A stretch of DNA of 63,163 nucleotides, filler included, from Squatina squatina (GCA_031763465.1; 3 parts of 3 records of this genome joined end to end with filler, not necessarily neighbours in it); one strand, 5' to 3'; shown: positions 14,331-28,679, counted from the whole stretch's first letter. Program-made: numbers and translations. The notes: a model not told the origin generated them from the sequence alone.

Positions 14331-15549
14331 TCATATATGACACACTCAACGTTAACCCATCTCACCGGCCCCAAGGTGCCTCGTGCAGCCAGCGATGGGT
14401 CAGGGCACTGGATCAGAAACAGCTCCTGAGGGATGGCTACACTGTCCCATCAAACACTCGCAGGGCTGTTGGCCGGGATGGAGATTGGGGTGTCAGACAC
14501 CTGGTTCTTAGCATGGCCGTCAGAATCAGGTCGCAAATATCCTGTTTCCAAACGGTGCTTCGCAAGACTTTTTGCGAGCACTCGCAGAGAAAGTTTTGTA
14601 AATGCTCTACACTCAGCCTTGACCTGGGTTTTTGGGCCCTCTTATCTGGTTCCCCCCGCCCTCCTAAAAGTGGGTCCTCAGTTTTTCGTGTGACTGTTTT
14701 GCACCTTTCAATTGGCCAATCCTTTAGAGAACTGCGTAGGTTTTAATAAAAACCCTCTTAAAAATCTAGGGGCAAACTGTGATGCTCATTAGGAGTAGGA
14801 GGACTGCCCTCTGGTGGAGACGTTGTGGATCCAAATCACAGCATCAATCTGTGTTCCCGAGTGCGACAGACTCTGCTCCTGTCACTTTACAACTCAGTGT
14901 GAGCAGAGTGGCCTCCTGCCTCCTGCCTCCTGCCTCACTTCCTTCTCTGTGTGGCTATGGGGACCCAAACAAAGAGGTGCCCTAACAAAGCTGGCGGAGC
15001 TTGCATCGGGGCCCTCCACAGATGAGGAAGAATGCAGGGATCCTGACAGCTGCCCAAAGATGCAAGAAGACAAAGGTATGTTCAGTAAATTATTCTCCCT
15101 CTTCCACCTCCACCCCCTGACTCCAATATGATCCTTGGGCTTCAATGCTCTACACAGGCAGCTAGAAGGCCCCGGGGTTGGCAAGGAGGAGTGTAGTATC
15201 AGGCCTCTTAACTAAAATTCTGCTTCCAGCTCCCCACCACCACTCCTCTCTCTGTTCCCATTACAAGACCCTACTAGGAAGCGGGCCTGCACTGGAAGTA
15301 TATTTGGGCCAGGAAAATGGAGTGCATTTCCACCCCCACAGTTGCAGCACACCTCTGGTGTGTTGCATCTATCAGGCATTCAGCAAGGGTCTGGAGGCAA
15401 AAATTGGCTTGCTGACTTTTTCCCTGAATTTAAAAATACTTGCATCATATCACACCATATCACATCGTCACTATATCTCAATGTACTTTACACAAGGTCA
15501 TTTTTTGTTAAATGTACAGTTATGTAGGGAAAAAACAGCAGCCATTCTA

Positions 15550-15680
15550 TGTCCCACAAACAGAAATCAGATGAATGTTTAGTTAATCTTTTTTTTGTTG
15601 ATTGAGAGCTGAAGGTGGGCAAGAACCCCATAGAACACCCTGCTCTGCTTTGAGTAATGCCGTGGTATCTTTAGAGAAAT
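15550..15680 (-). mobile_element. Deu-domain-type SINE fragment
   Basis: Reverse strand reads aaagataccacggcattactcaaagcagagcagggtgttct, similar to the copy at 31575-31765. Confidence 0.5.
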
Positions 15681-16231
15681 GGTACGTGCGCGCNNNNNNN
15701 NNNNNNNNNNNNNNNNNNNNNNNNNNNNNNNNNNNNNNNNNNNNNNNNNNNNNNNNNNNNNNNNNNNNNNNNNNNNNNNNNNNNNNNNNNNNNAGATGAC
15801 CCGATGTTCTGTGGAACACTATCGAATACATTTTCCACAGAAAGGTTATTAAAGTGAAAAACCTGGTTCATACTCAGAAAGATTTTCTTTTCATTTACAT
15901 TTATAACCAGAAGAAAATATACTGCTATGGTTCTGTAGAACATATGATGATCACTGAAAGAATATCATCTGTGAATTGCGCCAGGTGGTGGTTGAATAAT
16001 CTTAGAGTGATGTCCAGATTTTTTCTGTTTCATTCCGACTGGGAGACAGTGAGAAATTTCACAATCTTTTTTCTTCTTCAAAGGATTATGTCTGGTTATT
16101 TAGTTCTTTCAGGAGAGTCCATGATATTGCCTGTGGGGCAGTAGAAGGGATGGTCTCAATGTTGGTGATGAAGCAGTCCCTGAGCTCCTCACGCATACAC
16201 ACGTACTGATAACACAGAGACAAGGGCTTAC

Positions 16232-16425
16232 TCGGTCACGGATTTGAGGAACTCCACAGTGAAGAAGTGGTTGCAGATATTGCCAGCGTTGAAGGTGAGT
16301 TGGCCATCGGTGCTCCTTTGCTCCACTGTCTCCTGGCTCACCTCACTGTACTCCACAACCTGGTAGATGCCGTCCACTCGACACACCACACCAACCGGCT
16401 CAGTGGGGTAGGCCTTTCCAACCAC
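16232..16425 (-). CDS. UAP1L1: UAP1L1 internal exon (194 bp)
   Basis: ccacag|GTG...ACC GA|gtaagc; [28 protein letters not shown]...[16 protein letters not shown]. Confidence 0.9.
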
Positions 16426-16676
16426 CTGTGGACATAAGAGATTGCTGTGGGTTAAGGGCAGGAAGGGCACTCTGTGTCAGGCAACATTCCTTCATCTTCT
16501 GGGTGGGGGAGCGGGGGCCTGGCAGGGGAGAGTGAGCTATACCCTGTGAACCTCAGCTGGTGATGCTTGACTCACTGGGCAGGTATTTAAAGCAGCCTCA
16601 CATTCTTGGTTGTAACAGGAACACAAATCCTTGCCTGGTGCCTGCAAAGGTTGAGAGTTGAATGTGACCAGCTCAC

Positions 16677-16829
16677 CTTGGCCCCACAGTCCGCTCCCTT
16701 CTCCACACAGAAGCCGATGAAGACCGGGTCTGCCATCTTCACCAGGATGTTGTCCACACAGTACACATGAACGAAGCGTACCCCTCGCCGGTCCATGTCC
16801 TCCAGAATCTTGTTGTCGGTCAGAGCTCG
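16677..16829 (-). CDS. UAP1L1: UAP1L1 exon, 5' part lost in gap
   Basis: [51 protein letters not shown]|gtgagc. Confidence 0.9.
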
Positions 16830-16929
16830 NNNNNNNNNNNNNNNNNNNNNNNNNNNNNNNNNNNNNNNNNNNNNNNNNNNNNNNNNNNNNNNNNNNNNNN
16901 NNNNNNNNNNNNNNNNNNNNNNNNNNNNN

Positions 16930-17097
16930 CTGTCACCCATGGAGATGCCCTCTGACCCCAGCCCACTTTCCATCCTTGGGGTCTTTGCCACACCAGAGGC
17001 AGGCTCTCTGGATCGCCTGCGGAGCCTCGCTAATAAAGGGGCCTCATCGGGCCTCAGCCCAGCTGCAGTGTGGGGATGAGGGCTGCCTCTGTGCTGC
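16930..17097 (-). CDS. Candidate exon of an unidentified gene
   Basis: Acceptor ttctgttttacag|G, then a GC-rich open frame QHRGSPHPHTAAGLRPDEAPLLARLRRRSREPASGVAKTPRMESG running into a gap. Confidence 0.35.
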
Positions 17098-17988
17098 CTG
17101 TAAAACAGAAATTGTTATGTTTTAAAAAGAGAAATCCTAGTATAACAGGCCTTCTAATGGAGAACATCCTTACTTAGGCACTTGAACATGGCATGTCTTT
17201 GCTCAGTGCTGGCTCCCAGCATCGCCCACCACACCACGCCAATTGTGAATTACACCTCAAATTAGTATTTTAGGTATTCCACTGCATATTTTGTGAGTTA
17301 AATGGGTATTGCGAGAAGAATTAAGATTCAACTGAACAATACCTGTCGAACTGACCATTAATAACTGGGGGGAAATATAAATTTGATTAAGAAACTAAAG
17401 CTACATGGTCAGGAATTTAGGTGTAAGACATGGTAAAGCGGGCAGAATCATATCTACACAAATACATTACCTACAATCTGTCAAAACTGTAGCAGGATTA
17501 TTTGCCACAGTAATTATTTGTTTACAGTTTATTGACCAGGCCACTGGTTTGTGGTTTTCATGGAAAATGGACCATATTGTGGAATACGATCACCAAAACA
17601 TAGGGTAAAATGCTGGAATCCCATGTGATTTATTGGCCCTGAAATTGCAATCGGAGGCTCCCTGCGTGCGGATGCTTCCGATTGCAATTATCTCTACATA
17701 CTTACCTAAGCTTCCTGGATCCACGCGACCATGTGATATTCAGCCCCCCCAAGTTGGAGATTCGGAGCGGGGCTCTCTAGATTCCTGGGCAAGTCGAGCA
17801 AAGAGGCTGGAGAGATCACATGGGAGGCCCCAGCCAATCAGGTATCTCTCAATGAAGTTTTGACAGTTCTAAGCGATCTGCATAATTTACATATGTATAT
17901 TATGCAGACTACAAAATAGACTTTGTCCACCATAAAAGCAAACTTCTGTTACAGATGTAGCCTATAATGACATTCCTCTTTCATGTTA

Positions 17989-18560
17989 CTAGACTACGTC
18001 ATCGTTTGAGCGAGGGACTGCAAAGATGTCCGCATCACCATGACAGGAGCCAACGACTGCTGGACTGACCACCGCCTAGCCTGCTCCATTATTTTCATCA
18101 ACCTGGCCCAAAAATGTCAGCGACAACAGAAATACTGGCGCTGAAAAATCATGTCAAAGGACTCAAAGATCCTACGAAGATAGCCCTACTCGGCTAACGT
18201 CTCATAGCCAACCTGGCGACAATCAACGAATCAGAGCCACAGAGTGTCCACAATGTGTGTTCCGCCCTCAAGTCTATGATCACCAGCACCTGCGAGGAGA
18301 CTCTTGGTCTCTTTACCAGGAAACATCAAGACTGGTTTGATGAGAATGACCAGGAGATTCAGGAGCTGTTAAACCACAAATGCAAGGCGTTCTTGAATTG
18401 GAAGCACGACCAAAGCTTGAGGGAAAGAAAACCGGTCTACAGACAAATGAAGGCCCAGGTCCAACAAAAATCCGGGGACCTAAAGAACAGATGGTGGGTT
18501 GAAAAAGCGCAGGAGATCCAGCAACTCGCCAACAACCACGATATGCGTGGTTTCTTCAGC
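17989..18560 (+). mobile_element. RTE-clade LINE fragment (endonuclease end and linker)
   Basis: LDYVIV, DCWTDHRL and RKHQDWFDENDQEIQELL...KNRWWVEKAQEIQQLANNHDMRGFF, with stops and frameshifts. Confidence 0.85.
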
Positions 18561-19483
18561 GAGGAGCAAATAAAGCGACTACCCTGGTGGCTGAATACCC
18601 TCAATTGCAGNNNNNNNNNNNNNNNNNNNNNNNNNNNNNNNNNNNNNNNNNNNNNNNNNNNNNNNNNNNNNNNNNNNNNNNNNNNNNNNNNNNNNNNNNN
18701 NNNNNNNNNNCCGAGTCCTCACCAGCTGCCCGGACATATCATAAAATCTACCATATATATTTGTATAAATCTATCCATACCTGTCTATCTATTTATAGAT
18801 TCAAATTCAGCAATATTACATTCCCAGAGGGGACTCATGCTCGAAGCAACCATGGGTCAGAAAATCTGGCTCGTGCTCCCTTCACGCACTGATTGTAGCT
18901 TCCAATCTTCAGTGCGAGATACCGAGACCTTTAAAAAAAGAGATAACACCGATAGTTTCACAGTATNNNNNNNNNNATTTTCTTGCTGGAAGATAATTAT
19001 CCTATTATGGTATTGGAAGATTAAAGGACAAAGTTGGATGGCACACATAGTGGCTCTACAGTTGAGAAAGCAGTGTATCTGGGGTAATTATCAGAGCTGA
19101 TAGTCTGTGCAGAGCGTCGCACAGACTGAATCCTTGGCTGGCTTTAGTTTAGCAGTTGGAGGAGTGGCCCTATTCATTTTTATATCAGTACTCACCCCTT
19201 GATTATTCTTTAATTTAAACTAACAGCCATTAAGCAGGAGAACTTTCTGTGATGCAAAACTAAGAAAGGTGGAACCAAGGTGACAAAGGAAAATGTCTGA
19301 TGTGCAACACAGGGAAAATGCTAGTTAATTCTAGATTGGTTTACCATTATGCCTTGTTGCAACCTTCAGACTGCTATTCTGTGGTTTGTTGATGGATGGG
19401 AGTTGGTAAGAGAGTGGGCCACAACCAAATTACATGGCCCTTTTGAGAAGATTTAAATTTTTTGTTTGTTTACAAAAATTTTA

Positions 19484-19603
<120 letters not shown>

Positions 19604-19617
19604 TTAAAAATAAATCA

Positions 19618-19785
<168 letters not shown>

Positions 19786-20557
19786 CTAAAAAGAAAAGGA
19801 GTCTTAATAATATGTTTAACAGGTCATAGAAATAAGAGTAGGCCATTCAGCCCCTTGAGCCTGTTCCTGAAAAAGATCAAAAGCAATGAGTGTCAAGTCA
19901 AGCAGTCATTCTATCATCTTAATGGCATCAGGGAAAATTGGAGAAATATGGAGTTTTTGGACTTAAATTTTGATTTGATTTTCCCATACTGTTTTGAAAT
20001 ACAATTTCCTAACTTCAAAATTCTACCGAAACATGTAAATTGTTGCTTGTATCAACATTTACATTGATAGCAATCCATATTGGAAAATAAATGCTCAGAC
20101 ACTGCAACCCACAGTGTGAGCACAAAAGTGTCTCAAATTTTGGGCATCACCCCTTGATGAGAATTATTGTTTGGCTCTAGCTTGAGTGCTTTATTTATCA
20201 AAAAAAGACAAATTGCACAGAACCCAAAGCCAATGTATCGCTGAAGAAATCAAGCGCCAACCTTATAGCTATTGCATCAGTCAAAGTTTGTAAAAGTTAT
20301 ATAATGTAAGACACTCGAGTCATCACTAGAGTCCACGATGCCACTGCTGATTTTGAAACAAGTGCCAGGAGTTATTGAAATCCAAGTTAAAATCAACCAA
20401 AACACAAACCAACCAATACAAGTCTCAGACTGATACTAAGGTACAGTAGATATCAGGGTTCCTTGGAGATTCAATGCAAGAAAACTTCAGAGTTTTCACA
20501 CAAGGTACCCGAACTCAAATAAGTTGTCTTTGTCTTCATTTTAAAAAGTTGTGTTCA

Positions 20558-20730
20558 CTTAGCTCAGCTGGTAGCTTGCCTCGAGGTCAGAATGTTGTGA
20601 ATTCAAGCCCGATTCCAGAATTTGAGCATTAGATTGGCATTCTTGCTGTTTTTTGGATGATGCATTAAATTACAAGGTATTGAATGGTTAAGATCTTACT
20701 GCACTATTTGAAATACAGGGAGTGCTGGGT
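20558..20730 (+). mobile_element. tRNA-derived SINE, degenerate
   Basis: A-box-like tagctcagctgg and B-box-like gaattcaagccc followed by decayed Deu-like sequence. Confidence 0.55.
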
Positions 20731-21361
20731 TTCAGCAGCAAACACACTATGCCAAATTAGGCCAGGTTGATTGGCAACCAGAGATCTTAACAGCCCTACA
20801 CACTAAAACCAAAGCCACCAAGTGCAGGTTTCTAGCCACATCTTTGAAATCATGTATTGCCAATAGGCATATTCTTGAAGTACTGAACATCTGCTGGATC
20901 ACAGGTTCTCAACTTCCTTTTGCTTCTGAGGCCTCCCTCCTGTGTGAGAAATTCCACAGACCCCCTGCAACAAGTATTTTCTCTTTATTAAAAAAGGTTA
21001 TACAATTAAACAAACATTATGGATTTGTGATTGAGGTGAGGACTATTGTTAGGGTGTTATGGTTACTGGTCAGGGTTAGTGATACTGAAGCTGGGAGAGG
21101 CACTCTGGAAGGTATGGGAAAGCTGGCCTATTCCGGGTTACACTTAGGTTGGCACTGGGGATACCAAGGCTGGGAGAGGCACTCTGGATGGTATGGGGAG
21201 CTGGTCCATTCTGGGTTATAGTTATACAGAAGCAAAATACTGCGGATGCTGGAATCTAGAANNNNNNNNNNNNNNNNNNNNNNNNNNNNNNNNNNNNNNN
21301 NNNNNNNNNNNNNNNNNNNNNNNNNNNNNNNNNNNNNNNNNNNNNNNNNNNNNNNNNNNNN

Positions 21362-21821
<460 letters not shown>

Positions 21822-22334
21822 TTAAGCAATACATCAATAAGCCTGGATTTTGTTCTTTGGAATCCATAGCAGCATTACTAGTATACTATTTTTAAAGCTT
21901 GTGCTTATCTGCATGAACTGTGTAAACAGCATTTACAAGAGCATCATTGACTAAGACTTCTGAATTGCACGAGTGCACCGGAGTAAAGTCCCCGACTATG
22001 AACAGCATTGCTGCTACCTCAGCAATGACCTCACAGGTACCATACAACAATCTGCCATTTGCATTGTACAATATTCCTTGTGAATAATGGGGAGAGATTT
22101 TAGCGCTGGGGAAAGGCACCCAGTGTCAGCATTAACTGCTCCCAGGTCACGTATATGATGGCTCCCCCTACTCTGGTCCAAAGTTCCTTGGCTCTAAATC
22201 ACAGAAGAGCATCCCATACTATACCTGTGTATNNNNNNNNNNNNNNNNNNNNNNNNNNNNNNNNNNNNNNNNNNNNNNNNNNNNNNNNNNNNNNNNNNNN
22301 NNNNNNNNNNNNNNNNNNNNNNNNNNNNNNNNGC

Positions 22335-22400
22335 TGAGAGGCATTTTGGGACATCCTGGAGGATGTGAAAGGCACTGTATAAATGCAAGTTGCTTCTTAC
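22335..22400 (+). mobile_element. Deu/SacSINE-type 3' tail
   Basis: tttgggacatcctggaggatgtgaaaggcactgtataaatgcaagt. Confidence 0.6.
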
Positions 22401-22413
22401 TTTATAAATTCTA

Positions 22414-22542
<129 letters not shown>

Positions 22543-24765
22543 CTAAATGTAAGTAACTTCTCAGTCTGGGCACCGTCCCCCAGTCAGTTAGTCTGGGCAT
22601 CGTCCCCAGTCAGCTAGATCTAGAACCTAGCATGCAGATCATGCTACAGCTGAATGGAAGTTTAAGATTCCATTTTAAAAGACAGAAATTTATTTGTTGA
22701 TTGCAACAGATGTTTTAAAAATCTCTTTAAAAGGTAGAGGTTTTGAAAATAGGATTCGTAAGGAGAGCTCTGGAGTCTGCAAGTGCCTTTTACATATGGC
22801 ATGGAGCAGTAAAAATCCCATTCCTACCAGTGCCACTAGATCTTACAAGATAAGCAGGAGCAGCTACTATGGTCACCCTACCTAAAAGCAACTGGTACAC
22901 TGTGTAGCCTGGGCCAGGATCTTGCCTATCTCTGTCCCCACCCCATTGTTCACTACCATTTTCAGCACCGAGAAGCATGTGGCCTTTTTAGGTGGGCCTA
23001 TGCAAATAGTACTTAAGTGACATCACAATTCCAATTTTCTATCACTTCTGCCTTATTTGCATGGTTGCCTCTCCCAACCTGTATAGAACAGGCACCCAGG
23101 GTTGCTAGATGTTATGGAGAACAAAGAGGAGTATTTTATGAGCCTGGCATTAATATTAATAGCACCAATTTAAAGCTTATTTTTAAACTCATCTTTGGAA
23201 GAGGGCTTATTTATTGTCATCATTCGGTTAGGTTAATATCTGCCTTTATGCCATTAGCTGTGGGCCTGTTATTCCCTCTCCCCACTATTTCAGATAGGGC
23301 ATGTAGGTTTCCCATTGGGGATTCTTCCATGTCTTTGCTGTTGGAAGAGGAGGAGAAGCAAAGGACTAGGTTGGTCAGACAGTCCCAAAGGTGCACAATA
23401 CCTCACATCTAAACACAAACCTGAAGTTGTGCCAGGAACATTATCTTCAAAAGGCTTAATTTTACTAACAAAGCCGTAAGCGCCACGACAGCTCACCCTC
23501 CACCGCAACCTGCCAGGTCACAACCACCCTTAATGCTATGGAGTCATTCCAGGCTGTCATTGAGAATATCATTAACATTAGCCAGCCAATCAGCTGTGCA
23601 CAGATGCATTAAACAAGTCAGCAATGCATGGTTTGCTACAGCAAGCAATCTCATTGCTTTCCCGCCATTTACAATCAGCAAGGTGATCTTAGAGTTACAG
23701 GATATTAGACGGTCTACGCAGTCACAGATTGCACCCACGTGGACCGAAGTGTTCCCTTGTCAACGGTCCTACCTACCAGAACAGGAGAGGATGCCACTAT
23801 TTTGCAAGTGAATCCTTACTCTTTCCTGGAGCAGCAACAATGCCTTCATTTTAAGGGACTGCAATGCACCAGCACTTAATGGGCCAGAAGCTAATCCTCC
23901 ACGTGGCTCCCGAGAGACCAGTATTATCTTTGCGCCCATGGCTCCTGATACCTGCNNNNNNNNNNNNNNNNNNNNNNNNNNNNNNNNNNNNNNNNNNNNN
24001 NNNNNNNNNNNNNNNNNNNNNNNNNNNNNNNNNNNNNNNNNNNNNNNNNNNNNNNAGCTATTCCATTTGAAATACCGCGCATGTGCAAAAACTTAAGGGG
24101 GCCGCGCACTGAAGTAAACAGGTCACATACAGAGACAATTTAGAAGGAGCATTGGCACTATCCGACATTTTATTTTTCTGCCCGCCATATTGGGGACGTA
24201 GTAAGCCAAAAAACCAGCGCTGTGTGCCCGAATTCTTTGTCTGAGGATGACCATCTGCACTTGTTTAGACTTGGATTTTAAACTGGTTAGTGGTTCCATT
24301 AAAATAGCAGACAGAGGAATGTTATACAAACCCATTAAACTAATACTTAAGCCAGTAATTTCCTGGTTTACACTAGTTATAAAAAACACTTTGGTTTGGG
24401 GCTGTTATGCTGAGGGAAGCGGTTTTAACACTTGGTACCCCCTTTCAAAGCATGCTACCCAAGTGGCGGCTGTTTGATTTAATCCACAAGCCAGTGATTG
24501 CTACAGGAAACATCCCTCCCTGTGCTGATAGAAAGCTAGCACAATGCTATGCACTTAGTTCCACTGTTATCAACAAATTTGCCTGCGAAATTCTACTTTA
24601 AAGACAGCAGACAGTTCACTAGGAGTACAGTACTGCATCACCTGTGTGCCAAACTCCAGCTGATACAGTACTGCAGAGCTCTCCAGTGGCCAGAACTCTC
24701 GTTCCAAGTTTGCTAGTGGCAGCAGAATTTTTTTTTTTTTAATTAAATATAAATTAAACTTCCTA

Positions 24766-24993
<228 letters not shown>

Positions 24994-25233
24994 CTAAAAA
25001 AAGTATAAAGTCAACATTAACATAAGTAAATTAGTTAAGCATGTTTAAGAGGACTAGGTTCTAGGTCTAGTATGCATGGACACAGTCATTAATCAGACAT
25101 ACATTCATCCCAGATCCCTGGAGGATTTTGTTCNNNNNNNNNNNNNNNNNNNNNNNNNNNNNNNNNNNNNNNNNNNNNNNNNNNNNNNNNNNNNNNNNNN
25201 NNNNNNNNNNNNNNNNNNNNNNNNNNNNNNNNN

Positions 25234-25940
25234 TCGTGTTTAATCAGGTATCTACCAAAACTCGCTTTCACAGCCACATCTCTTTCCTCAGCAACTGTCT
25301 CTGGCTCAGCCTTATTCCACATGGATTCCAACTGAAATTCCACCCTTCATGTTTTGGATCCACCCAGGACTACAGATGTCTCCGAGATATTCAACGCTCC
25401 TCGAACCACTGCACTCGCCACATCCTTAGATCCACACTGAATGCCCTGTGCCGCCACATGCAAGCTCTCGACCTCTCTCTTCAGCAGCACTGATTCACTC
25501 TATCTCTAAACTGACCTGGGTCCGCAGTTCCATTTGATCCTTCATCTCATCCCATGCTTTAATAACACACTTTTTTCTTTCCTTTCAGATGTCAAGGAAC
25601 GTAAGCTTCAGCAACTCTTGGACACCAACATTCCTCTGGAACCTTCTTTCCCTTCACTTTCCTCTGATGACATCCCTTCTTCCAATCTCACCTCTGCCGT
25701 GTTTTCTCTATTCCCGCTGACCTTCCCCTCTCTGATTCTGAACGATCAGTCCTCAGCAAAGGTCTGAGCTTCATCTCCTTATGCCCTCCACCTCAATGAA
25801 TTGCTGAGCTCAGCATGATGCTGAGCTCTTTCTTCATCGCCTCCGTGCCCACTTCTTTGGTCAGGAACCTCTCACAGCTGACCCTTTCTCGCGTTTTCAG
25901 AATTCTCGCTCTACCTGGACCCCTTCCTCTGGCTTCTTAC
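25234..25940 (+). mobile_element. Penelope-like retroelement, N-terminal ORF remnant
   Basis: FHSHISFLSNCLWLSLIPHGFQLKF and VLSKGLSF (L.KGL.F motif upstream of PLE RT), with frameshifts. Confidence 0.7.
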
Positions 25941-26150
25941 NNNNNNNNNNNNNNNNNNNNNNNNNNNNNNNNNNNNNNNNNNNNNNNNNNNNNNNNNNNN
26001 NNNNNNNNNNNNNNNNNNNNNNNNNNNNNNNNNNNNNNNNAGCAGGGTGGGGTGGAGAGCAGGGTGGGGGGAGTGGGGGTGAGCAGGTCTGTGGGAACAG
26101 TTTAAAATTCTTCAGAACCCTGTGTATTCTGAGTCCGAGACGGAGCAGCA

Positions 26151-26212
26151 TCAAATGTCCTTCAGCCACTTCAGTATCTGTGGCACATAGTACGTGATGA
26201 TGATATCAGCAC
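26151..26212 (-). CDS. ALAD: Delta-aminolevulinate dehydratase, last coding exon (62 bp)
   Basis: gggttttatag|GT GCT GAT ATC...; (G)[19 protein letters not shown] matches the ALAD C-terminus [20 protein letters not shown]. Confidence 0.88.
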
Positions 26213-26551
26213 CTATAAAACCCAAACACAGCAAATGAACATCGCACTGGTGCATCACCAGCTTCATTAAATGCCAAAGTGGAAAACTCACCCGCAGGAG
26301 CGACCGGGTACCGAACTTCCTGCGGTCGAGGGGGATGGGGAATGATGGGACTGTCACTGCGACAGCGACAGCAACACCAACACCACCGTCAAGAACACCA
26401 ACACCATAAACAAAACTAACAACAATACNNNNNNNNNNGAGAATGTCCAGCAGGTGCGTTCAAAGAGAACCAGAGCAATTCAGTCAGCACCTTCACACAA
26501 TGTCCCACCCAGGACAAATTCCACAAGAATAACCAAAGAATGATAGGCTAT

Positions 26552-26739
26552 AGAATGCCCCACCCGGAGCACTCCCAGACAGAAGGCCCCACCCGGAGCA
26601 CTCCCAGACAGAAGGCCCCACCCGGAGCACTCCCAGACAGAAGGCCCCACCTGGGGCAATCCCCAATAGAATCTCCCACCTGGAGCAATCCCCCATAGAA
26701 TGTCCCACCTGGAACAATCCCCCATAGAATGTCCCACCT
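26552..26739. repeat. ~29-bp minisatellite
   Basis: agaaggccccacccggagcactcccagac units grading into agaatgtcccacctggaacaatcccccat; runs into gap. Confidence 0.9.
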
Positions 26740-27779
26740 NNNNNNNNNNNNNNNNNNNNNNNNNNNNNNNNNNNNNNNNNNNNNNNNNNNNNNNNNNNNN
26801 NNNNNNNNNNNNNNNNNNNNNNNNNNNNNNNNNNNNNNNCCAGACCTTGTGCCACAGGACTCTACTTAGAGCAGCTTTACCTTGCTTCCCAGATCATTGG
26901 AGACGAGAGCCTGTTTTATCGATCCAACTCTGCCATCCATCATATCTGAGGGAGCTACAATATGGCATCCTGAAACAAGACCGATTGTAAATCCTTAGTC
27001 CTCACTGGGACATTCTGGCCCAAAAAATCTCACACAATTAAGAACTTTCCCACCTGAGAGGAGACTCAAACAGACATTGCAATTCAACCTTAGCATCATT
27101 GTTAAACAACACAGGGATATCGAGGCTGCCTCAGGCAGTCAGGAAGGAATGTGCACACAATTGGAGCATTAGATCTTCATCCAAGTTCACACAATCCAAT
27201 TGAAATGTTTTGATAACTGTGCTTCTCGACCCAATGGAACACATGTGGAGTCTATTTGGTGCTCTCAGTGAACGATGGGAATTAGTGCAATGGATTGATG
27301 CCCACTGAGAATTGGATTGAGACTGTCTAATTTCATTACACGGATGACACTCCCCTGTCCTCTCTGGGACTGATGCTTGCCCAGTTCCCGGCACGCTCTG
27401 TCAGCTCATCAGAATCAGACCTTCATCCCTGCTTTGTACCGAATTCAAGCCCAGGCCCAAGATGTCAAAGGCGGTGGTGTTGTGATGCCCAGTCCCTCAT
27501 CAGGGAGAGGAGAGGCTGAACCTCGTTCTCTGGGCTAGAGTGTGACAGAGGTGAAGGGACATAGTTCCCCGCATAGAACTGGAACATTTAGCCTGTCGTC
27601 ATNNNNNNNNNNNNNNNNNNNNNNNNNNNNNNNNNNNNNNNNNNNNNNNNNNNNNNNNNNNNNNNNNNNNNNNNNNNNNNNNNNNNNNNNNNNNNNNNNN
27701 NNGCTCAAATTCACATTTTGCTTGATAACGCTCCTGTGGATGCTGTATAAATACAAGTTGCTGTTGCCCTCTGGCCTAC

Positions 27780-28000
27780 CTCCAAGGTGGTCCTGCGAAG
27801 CCTGTTGCAGTAGCTGTACAACTCCTCCTGGCCCTCGGCTGAGCTGAATTCCTTCAGCTTCTCCCGCTCCATCTCATCGGGAGAGAAGTACGACAAGAGG
27901 TCGAAGAAAGAACGTCGTGGTACACAGTTAATGTCCAGGTAACGCTCCACCAGGTACTGAACTGTACAGGGCTGAGGCAATCGCGCAGGAAGCGGTGTCA
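27780..28000 (-). CDS. NDOR1: NADPH-dependent diflavin oxidoreductase 1, internal exon (221 bp)
   Basis: cttcag|TG ACA...TTG GAG|gtaggc; RYLDINCVPRRSFFDLLSYFS...EREKLKEFSSAEGQEELYSYCNRLRRTTLE. Confidence 0.92.
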
Positions 28001-28316
28001 CTGAAGACGGAGAGTGTGGGATGTCAGTCACGGCAGCACATGAGGTACAAAGGAAATTCAAAGGCAGGAATCTGGCGGGTTCGATCCTAAATCACAATGA
28101 AGCTGATCCCACTTCATATCTTATGCCCTGCACACTGATTAAATCTCTTTCTGTGTTCATACACAATTAAGATTTTGACAAAATAACACATGCAACGGCC
28201 AGCATCTGATTCCAACAGGGTGAACAGCAGTTTGGGAGAAATTAAATACAAATGACCTCTACTTATTCCAATTAGACAGCTCGGGAATTTGAGGCTGGAT
28301 TTATCTCAGTTTACAG

Positions 28317-28416
28317 NNNNNNNNNNNNNNNNNNNNNNNNNNNNNNNNNNNNNNNNNNNNTTAATTAATTAANNNNNNNNNNNNNNNNNNNNNNNNNNNN
28401 NNNNNNNNNNNNNNNN
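28317..28416. other. Artificial scaffold linker N44-TTAATTAATTAA-N44
   Basis: Exactly 100 bp; the palindromic 12-mer gives stops in all six frames; identical copy at 49024-49123. Confidence 0.95.
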
Positions 28417-28570
28417 CATAATCCCTCCTGGTTGACAGAGTCGAAGGCCTTTGTGAGGTCAAAGAAGGCCATGTACAGAGGTTGATGCTGCTCCCTGCAC
28501 TTTTCTTGCTGAAGATCATGTCCACTGTGCGTCTTGATGGGCGGAATCCACATTGCGACTCTGGGAGATG
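28417..28570 (-). mobile_element. RTE LINE RT fragment
   Basis: PESQCGFRP...QEKCREQHQPLYMAFFDLTKAFDSVN. Confidence 0.85.
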
Positions 28571-28679
28571 CCTTGCGAATTACACGACAGCAACTTCTCT
28601 CTACAAATACAGAATCTGCAATGTAACTTTGCCAGATTTAGTTCCTTCCTTTCTTTTCTCCTCTCCTGAAGTCAACGAC

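Noticed and set aside
16587-16991. Single ORF joining MAKTPRMESG to the UAP1L1 exon
   Set aside because: Joined only through a nominal 100-N gap; the upstream part does not resemble UAP1.
20558-20620. tRNA gene
   Set aside because: Only A/B-box-like remnants with no cloverleaf; continues into a SINE body.
26285-26360. Donor-like CGG|gtgagt upstream of the ALAD last exon
   Set aside because: Adjacent frames do not resemble the penultimate ALAD exon (…FRRAG).
28361-28372. TTAATTAATTAA as a piggyBac site or homeodomain element
   Set aside because: Symmetric N44 flanks and an exact duplicate show it is an artificial linker.
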